From a bacterium (GTDB taxonomy: Bacteria > UBA8248): a stretch of DNA of 64,000 bases. The position numbers were made by a program, and so were the translations under genes. Position 1 is the first letter of the stretch. Each line of letters opens with the position of its first letter. This document shows positions 37,610-53,800 of this stretch, one piece after another. The DNA lies in assembly GCA_965213685.1 (NCBI GenBank), contig CBDBZY010000056.1:29324-93323 (forward strand), given 5' to 3'. The notes under the pieces were generated by a model. It did no database searches and was not told where the DNA came from. It saw only the letters and a program-made list of their open reading frames with translations.

Positions 37610-39720
37610 TCTATTAAATTACAGGCAGAGCAGAGTCTTTGTTTCACAGGAAGTGATGATGGCTTATGGTACCGACCGGTTTCAATAGCTAAGTGATGGC
37701 AGCTTACTCGTAGTTTTGTTAACATCAGAGTGTCAATGGTTATATCTCCCAAAGAGACTCCTGCCTCATTCTTTGCTAATTCAACTTCTATACCACCAAC
37801 AAAAAGGCTGAATAGCAGAGGGCTAAGGCTACAGCCTTGCCTGACTCCCTTCTCACACTTAAACAAGCCTGTTGCATGGGAAGAGTTAACCTTAACTCTT
37901 GCTGTAGCTTTGATATACATTGACTGCAATATTCTAATTATTTGACAACTCACACCTACTCTACCCAACCTGCTCCACAGTAGGTCATGCTGGACACTGT
38001 CGAAGGCTTTCTTTAGATCAACACAGTAGACAAACGAGGGAGAGGCATCCACTCTAGCTTTCTCAACTAAAGTAGTCAAGATGAAAATACAATCTGTTGT
38101 TCTTAGATTTTTTCTGAAACCATGTTGCACTTCTGGTAGTATATTGTTATTCTCTGCCCACTCAGTAAGTCTGGAGCTAAGTATAGACGTGAAGGTTTTG
38201 CCAATACAGTTCAACAGTGTGATGCCTCTGTAACTATTTGGTTCAGCGTTGTTCCCTGCTTTGTTAATCGGACAAATAAGTCCTTGTGACCATGCATCTA
38301 TCAGGGTAGTCTCCAGTGATTAAAATTCCATTAAACATCTCTGTCAGAAGGTTTACTAAGCTGTGTGGAAGAGCTTTGTACACCCCTGCAAGAATTCCAT
38401 CTATTCCCGGAGACCTATGGCATTTCATGTTCCTTATGGCTAAGCATCTTCTTGACATGAAATTTCATCATCCAACTCAGGCACATAGGTCAATACTCAC
38501 TGCGCATTGAAAACAATTGTAGCTAGGTGCACCACTTTCATGTAACAACTTGAAGTGAGAATGCAATTTTTCTGGTTCTAGATGTGAATTGGTACTACGT
38601 TCTCTTCTTTTCCTATTTATAAGATTCCAAATTTTTTAGGACTCATCATCAGTAATGTAGCATGTAACTTGTTCTGTGCTTCAATCTTTTTAGACTTATG
38701 TATTTTCTCTTCTGGGAAAAATATTCCACTCGATTTTGCATACTTAAACATTGCAAAACACCTTCTTAATTGGCATCATTAACCCGTCACTTTGCTGCCT
38801 TACACTCATCATCAAACCACCTGTTTCTAGGAAAATACTTTTAGGCTGTTTAAGGCATTTTTTTTGCGACCTTGAACAAAGGTTATTAGCATACCTTGAA
38901 GATTTTCAGTCAAAACATGAAGTGGGTCAATATTTAGCCTGTCCTTAATCGCTTGAATTGTCACATCATTCTCACTTATTGCCTGATCATAATCTGTACG
39001 AACTTGATCACTCCAATACAATGGTTGTATAAGGGGATACATCCGAAAACTTGAGGTTTCTTTCTTGTTTTTTTCATTCTGTTCTATGGAGAGGTCCATG
39101 GCTAGGTATAATGGACAGTGGTCTGAGAATGTTGGCAACTCGCCCACAAAAAATCTGTCACTTTACTGTACAGATTGGAAGACACAATAAAATAGTCAAC
39201 CACACTGCACCCCCTAGAAGTATAGCATGTATAATTTCCTTTAGGGTCTTTCTTGTGTCTGCCATTCATTATTCTCAGACCACAACTTATACACAAATCC
39301 AGGAGGAGTCTCCCTTGAGCATTTATTAGTGAATCTTGTGATATACGAGGACATATGTTACTATCTGGTACATAACCACAAGGTAAATCAATTGGTATGT
39401 CTGAATCTGCTGAGATGAAGTCACTCTGGTTTCCAGTTCTAGCATTAAAATCTCCACACAGTATTATGTGACCTTTGGATTAAAAATCGATCACCTCAGA
39501 TTCCAGAGCTGACCACTGGGATGCTTCATTGGAAGTGACTATTGAGGTGGCTGGGGGAATATAGCAAAAACAACAAAACAAATTGACCTTGGCACCAGGC
39601 ACTTGAATTTTAACCCATATTCTATCCTCAGAATTACTGGGCTCCTGCAACTTTACATGTATATTCAAGGATTTGTGTATGTATAAGAGTACTCCTCCGG
39701 ATCCCTCCTAGCTCGTATAA
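37610..39720 (-). mobile_element. Degenerate LINE (AP endonuclease + RT; RTE-X-like), internally deleted
   Basis: YIPP and VVDYFIVSS / SDHCP endonuclease motifs; QHGFRK, DLKKAFDSV, GVRQGCSLSPLLF; C-terminal KLRVSCHHLAIETGRY..RLC; the YADD region is missing. Confidence 0.88.
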
Positions 39721-40102
39721 TTGGATGCGTCTCCAAACCGTCACGATGCCAAAGAACCTTTTACCCGAAAATGGTGCATTTTGGCGGCCATTTTTTTGTA
39801 GTGTACGTTGTGATCGTAAAACGTTGACGTCACGAATGCTGATATCTTATTTACATCACCGTTATCGTTCTTTTTTTGTTTTTGTTTGAAGGGCCATGCC
39901 TTGGTGCATGGGTCAAGTGCTAAGTGGGTGGGAAAGCATTGTGAATAGAGTAGCTAAGAGAGAGGTTGGGGAGAAAATAGTGTGTGGTAAGTCAGCTATG
40001 GGTGGTGGGATAGTCAAGTAAAGGTCAATTCAAGGAAGAAATTGTATAAGAGCATGTTAGATGAAAATGTAGATGCATGGAAATATAATTGTAAGCTGTG
40101 GA

Positions 40103-40586
40103 TAGGCTTGTCCCAATTATGCTAGCATAATTTTAGAATAATGGGGACAGTTTCAAGTAGAATTAATAATGCTAAATTAATAGGTAGGTTTTTTCACATT
40201 TTGGAGGCGGGGCTCATAATTTGGTGGAAGAGGTATGAGGAAAACCTTCCTAAGTGGTCAAAAGCGTGAAAAGACATGCTCCTGTTGCAGCCTTCATCAG
40301 CTGCTGCTGAATGCCATTTTATCGATCCCTCTCAGATCAACAAGAGCTTGCATTGAAAGATTATAGAGAAACCTCTGTGATGTTACAATACATTTCCAGT
40401 TTGTGTAACCTTTTCATAAGTGTTTTTTTGCATTATGTTCTCATCAAAAATACTTTATTCATTGGAATAATTGGCAAGTGATTAAAGAATAATCGACATG
40501 CATTATGGGAATAATAGGTAGGTTTTTTCGAGCATAAAACAATAGAATAATAGGCAATTTTTTTGAGCATAATTGGGACAAGCCTA
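40103..40586. mobile_element. hAT MITE
   Basis: 20-bp TIR TAGGCTTGTCCCAATTATGC; perfect 8-bp TSD GCTGTGGA (40095-40102, 40587-40594). Confidence 0.92.
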
Positions 40587-41193
40587 GCTGTGGAAGGAGG
40601 TGAAAGATTTGATTAGGAAGAAGATAATAGGTATTTTTGTATAGAAGGTAAATATGAGGGAGGTAGGAAAGAATTTTGGGCTTTTTTGGTAGAAGGACAA
40701 AGAGTAAGAAGAAGGCAATAGAATCCATTGGAAGTGATAAGGGAGTATTGGTCACTAGCACTAGGGCTAAGTTACAAGTTTTACAAAAGCATTATAAAGC
40801 TTTGGGTAGGATGAGTGAGGATAGTGATTTTGATAGTGAATGGAAAGAGGAAGTTGAAACCAAAATAGGTATGTGCAGTAGTATACCTGTGTGAAAATGA
40901 GCATCTAGATGGGGAATTGCATAAAGGGGAGATAGAGAAGTGTGTTTGTAAAATAAAGAATAACAAGACTGGGGAAGTGATGGTTTAGTAGAGGAGTTAT
41001 TGAAGTATGGGGGGATAGGAATGGTGGACCTGCTGCATCAGCTTTTAAAAGTAGTTTGACATGAAGAAACTGTACCTAAGCAGTGTAGGGAGTGTGTAAT
41101 GTGTTTAAGAAGTGGGATAAGGAAGATCCTGGTAAGGTTCAGGGGTATTACATTGTTAAGACTAAGTGTAGTGGGTAAAGTCTTATGTAAAGT

Positions 41194-43259
<2,066 letters not shown>

Positions 43260-43396
43260 TAAAGTAATGAATAACAGGTTAGTCCAGTATTTGGTTTGTG
43301 GTGGCAAATTGCATGAAAGGCAAGCAGGAGTTCGTTTTACATGAAGTTGTGCAGGTTAGATTAAAGGAAGGTAAGGTAACATATGCATTCTTTTTA

Positions 43397-44290
43397 AGTT
43401 TAATACTAGTATTAAACTAGGTTAATATCATAGGCCGGAAAGCAAGGCTCAAGCGCGGGTTGCGCATGCGCCTTAGAGTTGCAATCTATAAGCAGTTCTC
43501 TCTCCAGACACCTCCTGTGGCCGTGCCGACTCAATCTTCCGCCAGCTCGGAAAGCAAGGCTCAAGCGCGGGTTGCGCATGCGCCTTAGAGTTGCAATCTA
43601 TAAGCAGTTCTCTCTCCAGACAACTCCTGTGGCCGTGCCGACTCAATCTTCCGCCAGCTCCTCTGGCTCTACTACTTTCAAATAGAGCGCCCAGATGGTC
43701 CTCTGGCTCTACATGAGCGCCCAGATGGAGGACCAGGATGACCAGGCCGCTAGGAGGGATCAGGACGAAGCAAGCGGGAGATAGGGATTGAGACTGAGTA
43801 CGGAGTCATCAGCTGGCGGAAGATTGAGGCAGTACGGTCACTGGAGTTGTCTGGAGAGAGAACTGGCGATACTCACGGCGGCCGGGCCTATTACGCAAAT
43901 GAGCGGATGCAGAGAAACGAGGTTTGTACGCATGCGCACTGCCCCCGTGGATCGATCTTCGATACAATCGAATCCACAAATTGAACCAAGCAATCGATTT
44001 GAAGATTCAAATAAAAAAATCAAATCCAAGTATTGAATTGAAAAATCCAATTGAAGTGCGGAATCAAATTGAATTGAAAATCGAATTGAAATGTTCGATC
44101 GAATTGAAGTGCGGAATCAATGAAAATCGAATTGAAATGTTCGATCTATCGCACTATCAAATGGGATAGTCAAAAGCTATTTTTGATTGTTTAATTGTCT
44201 ATGGCACTATTAAATGTGATAGTCAACTTCCAAAAACTATTATTGATTGTTTAATTGTCGTCTACAAGATTGCAGGCTACGCTAAGTATT
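43397..44290. repeat. Unclassified structured repeat block
   Basis: Perfect 22-bp palindrome at 43397-43418; 112-bp tandem at 43436-43660 with an inverted partial copy at about 43810-43866; TCGAATTGAA-type iterations at 43960-44150. Confidence 0.7.
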
Positions 44291-44319
44291 TTTGGAACAA
44301 ATGGCATGCCATACCCCAA

Positions 44320-47300
44320 GGCTGGCCTTGGCAGCTCCCAGGCGTAGATGACAAGTGGCGGACATCGCCTATTGTGGTTGTGTTGCAGCCTCATTGTTAG
44401 TTCCTAGATCACCTAGTTGTTTTCATGTGACTAGGTCTCCTCACCTTCTCATCTTGATATTATGACATTACAGATGCATGTGATCATGCATGTCACTGAG
44501 ACTGTGCATGTTACTGAGATTGCAGCAAATCAGTCAGTCAGTCGCTGCCTCTACTTCTCCTATAGATCTCCTTTGCATTGGCAATCTGGTGGCTGGCCGG
44601 TACAAGTATATGGCTGACTTGCGAGTGCTAGAAGCTACGGCCACCAGCTCAGGCCCTGAGTGTTTTTCCCCAGCAACACCCCTGATCACCAGGGCCTGGC
44701 AGCAATCCTTGGAAGACCACCCAGACAAGGAATTTGCAAGTCAGGCATGACTCATGGCTTCTGTATTGGAGTAGACAGGTCCAAGGTACTCCGCTCATTG
44801 AGGGATGATAATCTTCCATCAGTGCAAACACTTCCCTCTCTTGTAGCAGAGCATTTGGCAGCAGAGCTAAAGGAAGGCAGACTACTTGGACCCCTTCCCC
44901 CACATCTGGCAAGAATGTGTCATATTGGCCTCATCCCTAAGCCCCATCAGTCAGGCAGATGGAGGCTTATTGTCGACTTATCATCTCCACATGGAGAGAG
45001 TGTCAAAGATGCAATTCCTGCTGACCCCTGTCGCATGTATTACTCCTCAGTTTTAGATGCTGCTGCCCTTGTGTGTCACTTGGGTCAGGGGGGCAGTCCT
45101 AGCAAAGATTGACCTCCTCCACGCATACAGAATCATCCCAGTGCATTCTGATGACCACCCATCGCTAGGCATTAGATGGGAGCACAATACATTCATTGAC
45201 ACGGCCCTTTCATTTGGACTGTGGTCAGCTCCAAAACGTTTCTCAGCCTTTGCTGATGCCCTGGCATGAGTAATGTGGCAGCGAGGCATCAAATGGCTAT
45301 TACACTACCTGGATGATTTTTTGTTTCTAGGGTGCCCAAACAGTGTGGACTGTGCATTGGCTCTACAGCAAGCCATGCATTGACACCTGCAAGTATCTTG
45401 GGGTCCCTGTGGCTGCACACAAGACAGAAGGCCCCACTACCTGCTTGACTTTCCTTGGCATCCAGATTGACACGGCAGCAATGTGCCTCAGTCTAGCGGA
45501 AGACAAACTGTCACAAATACGGGCCATGGTTTGGCAGTGGAGGAGCTGTCATACTGCTACAAAGTGAGTGCTGCAGTCCTTGATACGTCATCTTAGCCAT
45601 GCAGCCATAGTTGTACTACCAGATCACACATTTCTGCGTTGCATGATTCACCTAATGAAGGTAGCAAAATTACCCCATCACCACATCCGCCTGACAGCAG
45701 ACTTCAGGTCAGACCTACAGTGGTGGGCCTCATTTCTCCCAGGCTGGAATGGTCGTTACATTCTGCCTCAGTCTGAGCCCATCCACACAGTCATGTCTGA
45801 TGCATCTGGCTCCTGGGGTTGTGGAGCTGTGTCTGACTCTGGCAGGTGCAATGGCCAGAGCATTTGGCCCAAGTGAATATTGTAGTCAAAGAGATGCTTC
45901 CAGTTGTGATTGCAGTGGCCATTTGGGGACGCAGCTGGGCAAAAAATATGCTTCTGGTGAGGTCAGATAACATGGCTGTGGTGTGTGCTCTCTCGGCAGG
46001 GACAGCAAAAGACTCCAAACTTATGCATCTATTGCGCTGCCTTCACTTCTTTATGGCAAGCTACCAGATTGGTATATGTGCCAAACACATTGGTGTTTCT
46101 AACTCTGCTGCAGATGCTCTGTCACGTAACAACTTGCCTGCCTTTTATCTATGCACCCCACAGGCTGCCAAGGAGCCATCACTTGTTCTCCCTCAACTGC
46201 TGGACATGCTCATGTGGCAGTGCCCCAACTGGACATCAGCCAGCTAGAGGAAAATGTTTCTTACTACCTTGGACAGGCATTAGTACCATCAACACAGATT
46301 ACAGATCGGGTCAGAAGCAATTCCTTCAGTTCTGTCATGACTCAGCTCTTCAACCATGGCCATTGACAGAGCATCTATTCTGTTTGTTTGTGGGCAAGGA
46401 GAACCTGTGTCATCAGACTATCAAGTGTTATCTCTCCGCTCAAGTGTTATCTCTCCACTGTGCGCTTCCTCAGCATTACCACAGGACGAGGTGACCCGTT
46501 TGGCCCTGGAGCCCTCCCTGTGCTCCAATACGTCCTTAGGGGAGTTAAGTGGGTGCCAAGGCCCCCAGCTCGCACGCGGCTACCGGTTACCCCAGCCATC
46601 CTCAGAACACTCAAGTCTCGGTGGGCCCCCCATGCATGTGAGATAGACTATGTCATGCTCTGGGCTGCATGCTGTGTGGGATTCTTTGGCTTTCTGAGGA
46701 CTGGTGAGTTCACTGTCAGATCAGCGGACAAATTCAACCCCGCATCTTCTCTAATGTTGGAAGATGTAGCACATGATAATCCTGCACTGGTGAGAATCAG
46801 AGCAAAACAGACCCATTTGGGCATGGGGTTGACATTTTTCTTGGGTGGACACAAGCAGATGTGTGTCCTGTTTCTGCCTTGTTATCCTACATTGCAATTG
46901 GTCCATCAGTGTATGGCCCCCTGTTTGTGTTTGGAGATGGGTCTTTTTTGTCAAGAGACAAGCTAGTATCAGCAGTGCGAGCAGCACTGGAGCAGGCTGG
47001 GATGGATGCAAAAAGCTACAGGGGCTATAGCTTTAGAATTGGTGTTGCTACCACAGCAGCCCAAGTTGGTCTGGAGGACTCCATTGTGAAGATGCTTGGC
47101 AGGTGGGAGTCTACAGCATACCAACGGTATATCCAACCCCAAGACAGACTCTGGCAGCACTGTCAGTGCATATAGTTCACTGATTCTTTTGTCACTGTCA
47201 GGCAGTAACGAGTCATGCAGCTGTCTCTAGTAGAGAATTCATGTTTGGGTGTTCTTATATGTGTTCCTACATTTAGTTGTACATGTATAGGTATGTAGAA

Positions 47301-47880
47301 TACCAGGAGCCCATAAGCACCGTAAAGTGGCGCCAAGGAACGTTCAACAGCGCATGATAGCTTGGAACAGCGATGTACTAACCACAGCAGCCAGGTTATG
47401 CCCTTGTTTGGTACACAGTTACATAACAGCTGCTACAGAAGCTACATAAGTGTACAACTTCTACAGGTGTAACAGTTGTGTGGATTCTACAACTGCCGTA
47501 TATGGTCAATGGCAGAGAGGTCAAGGTTCCCATTTAGGACATTGCTGTTCTAGCTATTGGATGCTCCTTGGCGCCGCTTTGCGGCGCTTATGGGCTCCTG
47601 AGAATATGTATACAGAATAGACAAATATATAGTATATTTGGGCAGAATGGGGTGATTGTTGTACTCAACCCATTCTAAAGTTTGTCCAGGGGGCCAGAAA
47701 TTTACCCCAGCATGCATGGCAATCCCTGGAGATAGGCAGACTTGCCCACCAATGGGCATGTTGGGGTGCATGACATCATGGGTTGAGGCAAGTCACCCCT
47801 ATCGGTCCGTGGGCTTATGCCCACAACCATTACTCCCAACTATGGGTGGTCCACTATATGCGTGACCTGTGTAGTGTTGA
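44320..47880 (+). mobile_element. Degenerate tyrosine-recombinase retrotransposon (DIRS order, Ngaro-like): RT, RNase H, YR; gag not seen
   Basis: WRLIVDLS, KIDLLHAYR, FGLWSAP, HYLDDF; SDASG..SDNMAVV..NSAADALSR; GFFGFLRTGEF and YSFRIGVAT..LGRWESTAYQRYI. Confidence 0.9.
47304..47600. mobile_element. MITE in the 3' region of the YR element
   Basis: TIRs CAGGAGCCCATAAGC.. / ..GCTTATGGGCTCCTG (about 45 bp, imperfect); flanks AGAATAC / AGAATAT. Confidence 0.8.
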
Positions 47881-50186
47881 TTAAGGGGTACTATAGTGGC
47901 ATAGAGATAGATATTAAAAAAAGCTTGTGAAACTGTGTGGTGTGATGGCCTGTGGTTAAAGTTATGGGAAATGGGTGTTAGGGGGAAAGTATGGAGGGCA
48001 ATTAACAACTTTTCTACAAGTGCGGTGCTTTTAGAAGGGAGAAGTCAGAAACATTTTGGTTTAGAACAGGGCGTGGCACAAGGTTGTAGCTTGTCCCTTA
48101 TATTGATTTCCGTTTTTATTAATGATCCCTTAATAGAGGTTGAAAAGGCAGGGTTAGGAGTGCAGCATAACAATGGTAAGAGCATTGGAGGTTTGCTTTT
48201 TGCAGATGACTTTGTAGGCATGAGTGATTCAAGTGAAAATTTACAGAAGCTTACTGACATTGTCCATAAGTTTTGTAATCAGTGGAGGTTGTGAAGGCGA
48301 GTGTAAGTTAGTGTGCTGTAATGGTATTTTCAAAAGTTAAGTATCTGGTAGCTGGACATGGGGTGAGCATACTATACCACAAGCACCAAGTTATTGAATT
48401 TTAGGAATTGATTTTTCATCTGATGGTGGGTGGGATGCTCATGTGAAGAGAGAGTTAGTAATGGAAGGAATAATGTTAATCAGCTTCACAGTATTATTAG
48501 TGATAGGAATATATTTGAGTGCCCGAAAACTTTTACTTCTGTCAGTCCTTAGACCTAGTATAAGGTATGATAGTGAAGTTTGGAAATGCATTAGAATCAA
48601 TTCTCTTGGGGGGTCAGAGCTAAAAAGATTCTTGGATGCTCCTCTAGGACTTGTAATGAGGCAGTTAGAGGGGACATGGGTTTAGAGACCTTGAAGAGTT
48701 GTAGTGACAAGACTAAGCATAAGTGGTGGTACAAACTAGCATCTATGTCAGTAAGGAGGCTTTTAAATCAGGAATGGAAGATGAAACCACGTAGAGGCAG
48801 ACAGAGGAAGCCTTGGAATAAGTATGTAGATGAATTATTTGATGTGCTAGGATTGCCTAAAGGAGAATTGTTAGATGCTATTACGAAGGGGCAATGTCTA
48901 TTAAGCCTGTTTTTTGTCGAATGTGAATGAATGTGTAAGTAATAGAGAAAGTAAGAGGTATCTATGTGGAAGTATTGAATAGGTTAGAGTTGTATAAAAA
49001 TTTGGTAAGGAAGTAGAGTTCAAGAAGTACCTTGATGGAGTTAGTGATGCCAGAAATAGACTCTTGTTTAAATTTGGGTCAGGAACACATGGTTCGAATG
49101 AGGAGTTAGGTAGGCATAGGGGAAGGAATGGCAGGACTGAGTGTGTTTTATGTGGCAATGAGTGGGAGAGTGTTGTCCATGTTTTATGGGAGTGTCCTGC
49201 TTACAAGGATAGTAGGGAAGAGTTCATGATTAAGCTCAGGTCCACATTAGGAGAGGCTTTGAAAGACTTTGAAGCATTACATAATATTGAGAGGGCTTCT
49301 TTTGTGTTAGGTTGTGAGCTTTGGACAGAGAATTTTGATTCTATGCTTGCTTTAGTAAAGGAGTACATAACTGATGTGTGGGATGTTAGGAAGGTTAAAT
49401 TATATGGAGAACCATGCTCTACCCAGCCTCAGTCTCAGTCCTCGGCTGGGGATCTGAGGGATGGCACTGTGGTTGGGGGGCAGAGAAGAGGTAAGTTTGG
49501 TAAGTTCAGTCACTCAGAGAGAGTGACAGGTAAGTTATCTACATGTATAAATAATGATTCATGTAAAGCTGGCTCCGCCTATGCTAGATGCATGGTCAAT
49601 TGCAGGATTCCTAGGGCAGCCTCTTGAGCATTATTAGAAGAATACGACTTTTGTAAGGGCACAGTATGCACAGAAATGGAAGAGATTTGTGTAAATCACA
49701 GTGATAACTCCAGCCACTGTTGATGTAGCAAGAGTTATTCATTTTTTTAAGTTCAGATAAAAACGGCACTATGTGTTATTTAAATATTATTGTGCTTTGC
49801 AGGGGCGGAGTAAGCACTTCTTAAATGATCAGGCCAAGGGGCGTGGCTGAACCCATGCTCACAGTTGTAATATGATGTTACTATTTTCACGTGGCTTTGG
49901 AGCAGTCCCTATGCGCTAGCCTAGCCTGTTCATTAACTACGCCTTGCGTTGGTTGAGAAACACTAGAATGAGATAATAATGCCTAAACACAAGCTACAAG
50001 GTCAGGTGCATTTTCAAGTTTTAGGCTTTCCATGTTGTTACAATCTTCACATTATCTAGGGTATCGACTCTTATTCTTCACAATGTGCTGTAATGTTATT
50101 GCAAGGTTCCACTAGCAGTGAATTGCTGGCCAATGATACACAATTTCGTTGCTGTGTACTTCTTTACAAGGAGCTTGTTGTCTTAA

Positions 50187-50759
50187 GGCAGGACGACCCT
50201 AAGACATGATTTTGCCTGATTTATGTTTTATTGTATTCTCCTAATGATGCCTGTTAGCGAAATAACGTAGTTTTGCGTGATATGTCGGTTCATAGAATTA
50301 TAAAATTTACGCAATATGCATATCGCTAATTATAGAAAAACCATTTGCCGATAACGGCTAATGCTGCAGAGACGAAACTTCGGGGGATGATTACTAAGCA
50401 TGTTGGCTATCTAAGTTTGCTTTAAAAATCCGTGCTAAATCTTTCTTTCTAGACATATAATCGTTTTCTTCGTGCTGCAGAATTTAGAAAAACGGTAGCA
50501 AATTCTGCCGTAAAGTAGCAAGCCAAGCCTCGAGCAACCCATTGCGCATAAACTAGTTCACTCCCCTTTGGCGAGCATCCACCTCTTCACCGGGTGGCGC
50601 CACACAGCGCCGCACGTCCAACAGTAGCGGGAAATATGAATTTTTTCCCAGCGAATTTGCAACCGCGCCAAAGAATTGCTGTCGTTTTAGCGTTGGTAAA
50701 TGTAGGGGGAAAGCGACGGTAGAGTAATTGACGAAGAACGCAATCATGACTCGCCCTCA
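50187..50759 (-). mobile_element. Third copy of the Kolobok-type 573-bp element
   Basis: Reverse complement of 30470-31042, with TTAA on both sides. Confidence 0.9.
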
Positions 50760-50877
50760 TTAAGTTATGGCTGTAACATTAAACATGGGGAAACAAATTC
50801 ATAAAGCTATAGTTCGTGTATACAGAACAAAACTTTATATATGCTAAAACATTTTCACTTTTCCTTTGTTCCTTTCT

Positions 50878-53800
50878 TTACTGTTGTTTTTCTTTGCTTT
50901 GTCCTCCTTGGTTTGAGACTTTTTGGTTCTTAAAATAGGGAATACTTCCAACTGCACCACCTACACCTGCTCCTAGTAATGCACCTATCAGTGCTTTTGC
51001 AGCAGTAGCACCCAAGTATGCACCAAGACCACCCCCTATCGCTACCCCAAGCACTGCTCCTCCACCCACACAAATAAGGTAAAACCATGCATCACCATCT
51101 ACTGCCACAGCATTTTCCTTCTCACCATCTACTGCCACAGCATTTTCCTTCTCACCATCTACTGCCACAGCATTTTCCTTCTCACCATCTACTGCCACAG
51201 CATTTTCCTTCTTTAACTCGAGGGCTTTCCGCAGACTCTGATTTTCCTCCTGCAGACCCTGATTCTTCTCCTGCAGACCCTGATTCTCCTCCTGCAGGTC
51301 CTGAACTTTTTTCTGCAGATTCTGAAGTTCTTGTGTCTGTTCTTTATCCCTTTTTTCATACTCCTCTACCTTTTGTGTAAGCTTCTCAACTTGTTTTTCA
51401 TACCCCACTACCATTTGTTTCAGCTGCTTAACGTCTTCTTGAAGATTATCAATAAGTGGTTGACAAAGTTTGGCAATTTGCTCAGAAACCATGTCCTGCA
51501 TCTTCTTTTCCTGTATCTTCTTTTCCTGTATCTTCTTTTCCTGTATCTTCTTTACCTGCATCATATTTTCCTGTATCATTTCTTCCAAGCATCGCTGGGT
51601 TGGTTTTGAATAGTTATCCTCTAGATACTCTTTCAGGACAGGATCAAAGTCTGTGAGATCTTCTTTGCATAGATATTCTAAAACCTTCTGAGGAATATCA
51701 TCACAAGTAGCATCTTCAGGTACAATGTGATGAACATTGCACGCCATTGCCTTTCTAAGGACATTTGCAGCTTCTCTCATGAGGACATGATGGTCATCCT
51801 GTTTTGATCGTAGGCTTCTGATTATCTCCCTCAACCTTCTACTGATATCATCATGTTCACTAGGGAGTTTTTCCGAAATGTAGCAATGAATCATCCATAG
51901 ATGCCTCATTGTGCCACTGTATATTTTCAGAGCTGAATGCCTGTATATGGAAGAAATAAAGTAAATGAGTTGGATAGAGTCTGTAGCAGCTATAACATTT
52001 ATTGAATACAGGCATGTCATAAAGTGGAGGAGTCTGGATCTTTCTTTAACCAAGTTAAGGAGCGGCACCTATACTATACCTTGTCCTACGTGTAGGACTA
52101 TACAATACTATGAAAAGCTTTAACCATGGGCTCATACAACAGTGGACCTACACTTATTCTCAGCTACAACCATTAGACTGTGTAAGCTTAATGTGACGAG
52201 TTAGTGTTGTGCCTACGCACTAATAACGGTAATGAATATCACTATTGCCCATACATTGTACTTTCTGAGCTTGTGTGCAGACTTTGACGCCAGTTTTTGT
52301 GCCAGAAACGTGAGCTGTACCTTACCATATTTAGTGCTCTATCAAATAGCACGAGACTGTTCAAAATATTTTGATTGGGTGAATGGGAGCGAGCCTGTTT
52401 ACACATTTATATACCTACGTTCTTTTGGCCCCCGGGTTCCCACAAATGTAAAGCCAGCTCAATGATATAGTCCCCTGCACTCCCTCACGCGTAAAATCAC
52501 TCACAGCAGAGGGCCTGGGAACAAGGCTAGAGATAGAGCACTGCAGCTAGTGGACGAGCTACACCTTACAACCAGGTCATGCCTCCAGAAGAGAGTGAGC
52601 GAGGGAGCTAGGCGGCTGCCTGTTACAACCAGGCCTCGTCTTTAGTACACGGTGCTGGGACTCATGTTTCGGAGTAGTCAAAAGGCGACTGGATTTTATT
52701 TTACTGGGGGAGACATTGCAGAATTGTTAAGTCATAATATTACAAGTAAATTAAAGAATTGAAATTTTGAAGGGAATATAGGGATTACATAAAAAGGAAT
52801 GGAGACAAGACCTGAATGTAGAGTACATGCTATTATTGTAACTAGTTGTCATGGGAACGATGATGAAGCATGGAATACCTCATGCCTGATTATGCAACAC
52901 AAGCCCTATATTGTTGAGCAACCACCAACATGTCCCTTCAAAAGCTACTATCACTATATACACAAAAGTATGCAAGTTGGTGTGGGAGTGCAAAGCTACA
53001 AGACAGATGACAGGGATAGGGAGTATATAGTTTTGAAATCAGACTTAAATTCTGTCCTAAATGTGACATTGGTACATGTACCACATTGGTCTGGGGTGGT
53101 CCCTCTGTGGTCAGTGATGGTCCTTCATTGATTGAGGCATGTGATTTCTGTGTTTCCATGAAACTCAGCTCAACAATATAGGGCTTGTGTTGCATAATCA
53201 GGCATGAGGTACTCCATGCTTCATCATCGTTCCCATGACAACTAGTTACAATAATAGCATGTACTCTACATCCAGGTCTTGTCTCCATTCCTTTTTATAC
53301 AATCCCTATATTCCCTTCAAAATTTCAATTTTTTAAATTTACTTGTCTCCTCTCCTCTTTTTTTTTGCTGCTTTCAGCAGGAGTGTTGAAAATAATACAA
53401 TGAAAGCCACACTAGCACACAGTTACATGTATCAGTAAGACCTTTTCCAATTGTGCATGGATTTCAACAGGTGATATGATATATGCAGGAAGAACTACTT
53501 GTGCTAGTGCACTGTGATATGCACGTGATGCAGAGTACATGTATATGTAGCAGTGCAGTGTGCATATAGATGTCCCTGGTTCGTTTCAGCCTGTGTTGAG
53601 CACGCCTTCTTAGCTTCCGAGTCCACCAAACATAGACCTGATAGTAACTTCAACACATATCACAGTCGAACGCAGGTCAGCAGCTGCATAACCAAGGCAT
53701 AAAAATAAGCCCTGGGTCCATGCGTTGCTAAGGCCATAGTCTATACAATCTATGCTAAGGCCCAGTCCATGGCCGCCCCACACGGCCTCCAAATGGCTTG

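Noticed and set aside
39780-39835. YY1-like and CRE-like motifs
   Set aside because: Short motifs between two LINE relics with no associated gene; could be chance or transposon-derived.
40285-40310. CTGATGA on the minus strand as a second hammerhead
   Set aside because: No stem II closure or GAAA core follows.
41099-41193. N-terminus of the 470-aa RT ORF
   Set aside because: Chance in-frame fusion of the host LINE with the inserted LINE at the TAAAGT junction.
51941-52068. 5' part of the 396-aa ORF
   Set aside because: It lies upstream of a strong splice acceptor; an in-phase first exon exists at 56229-56147.
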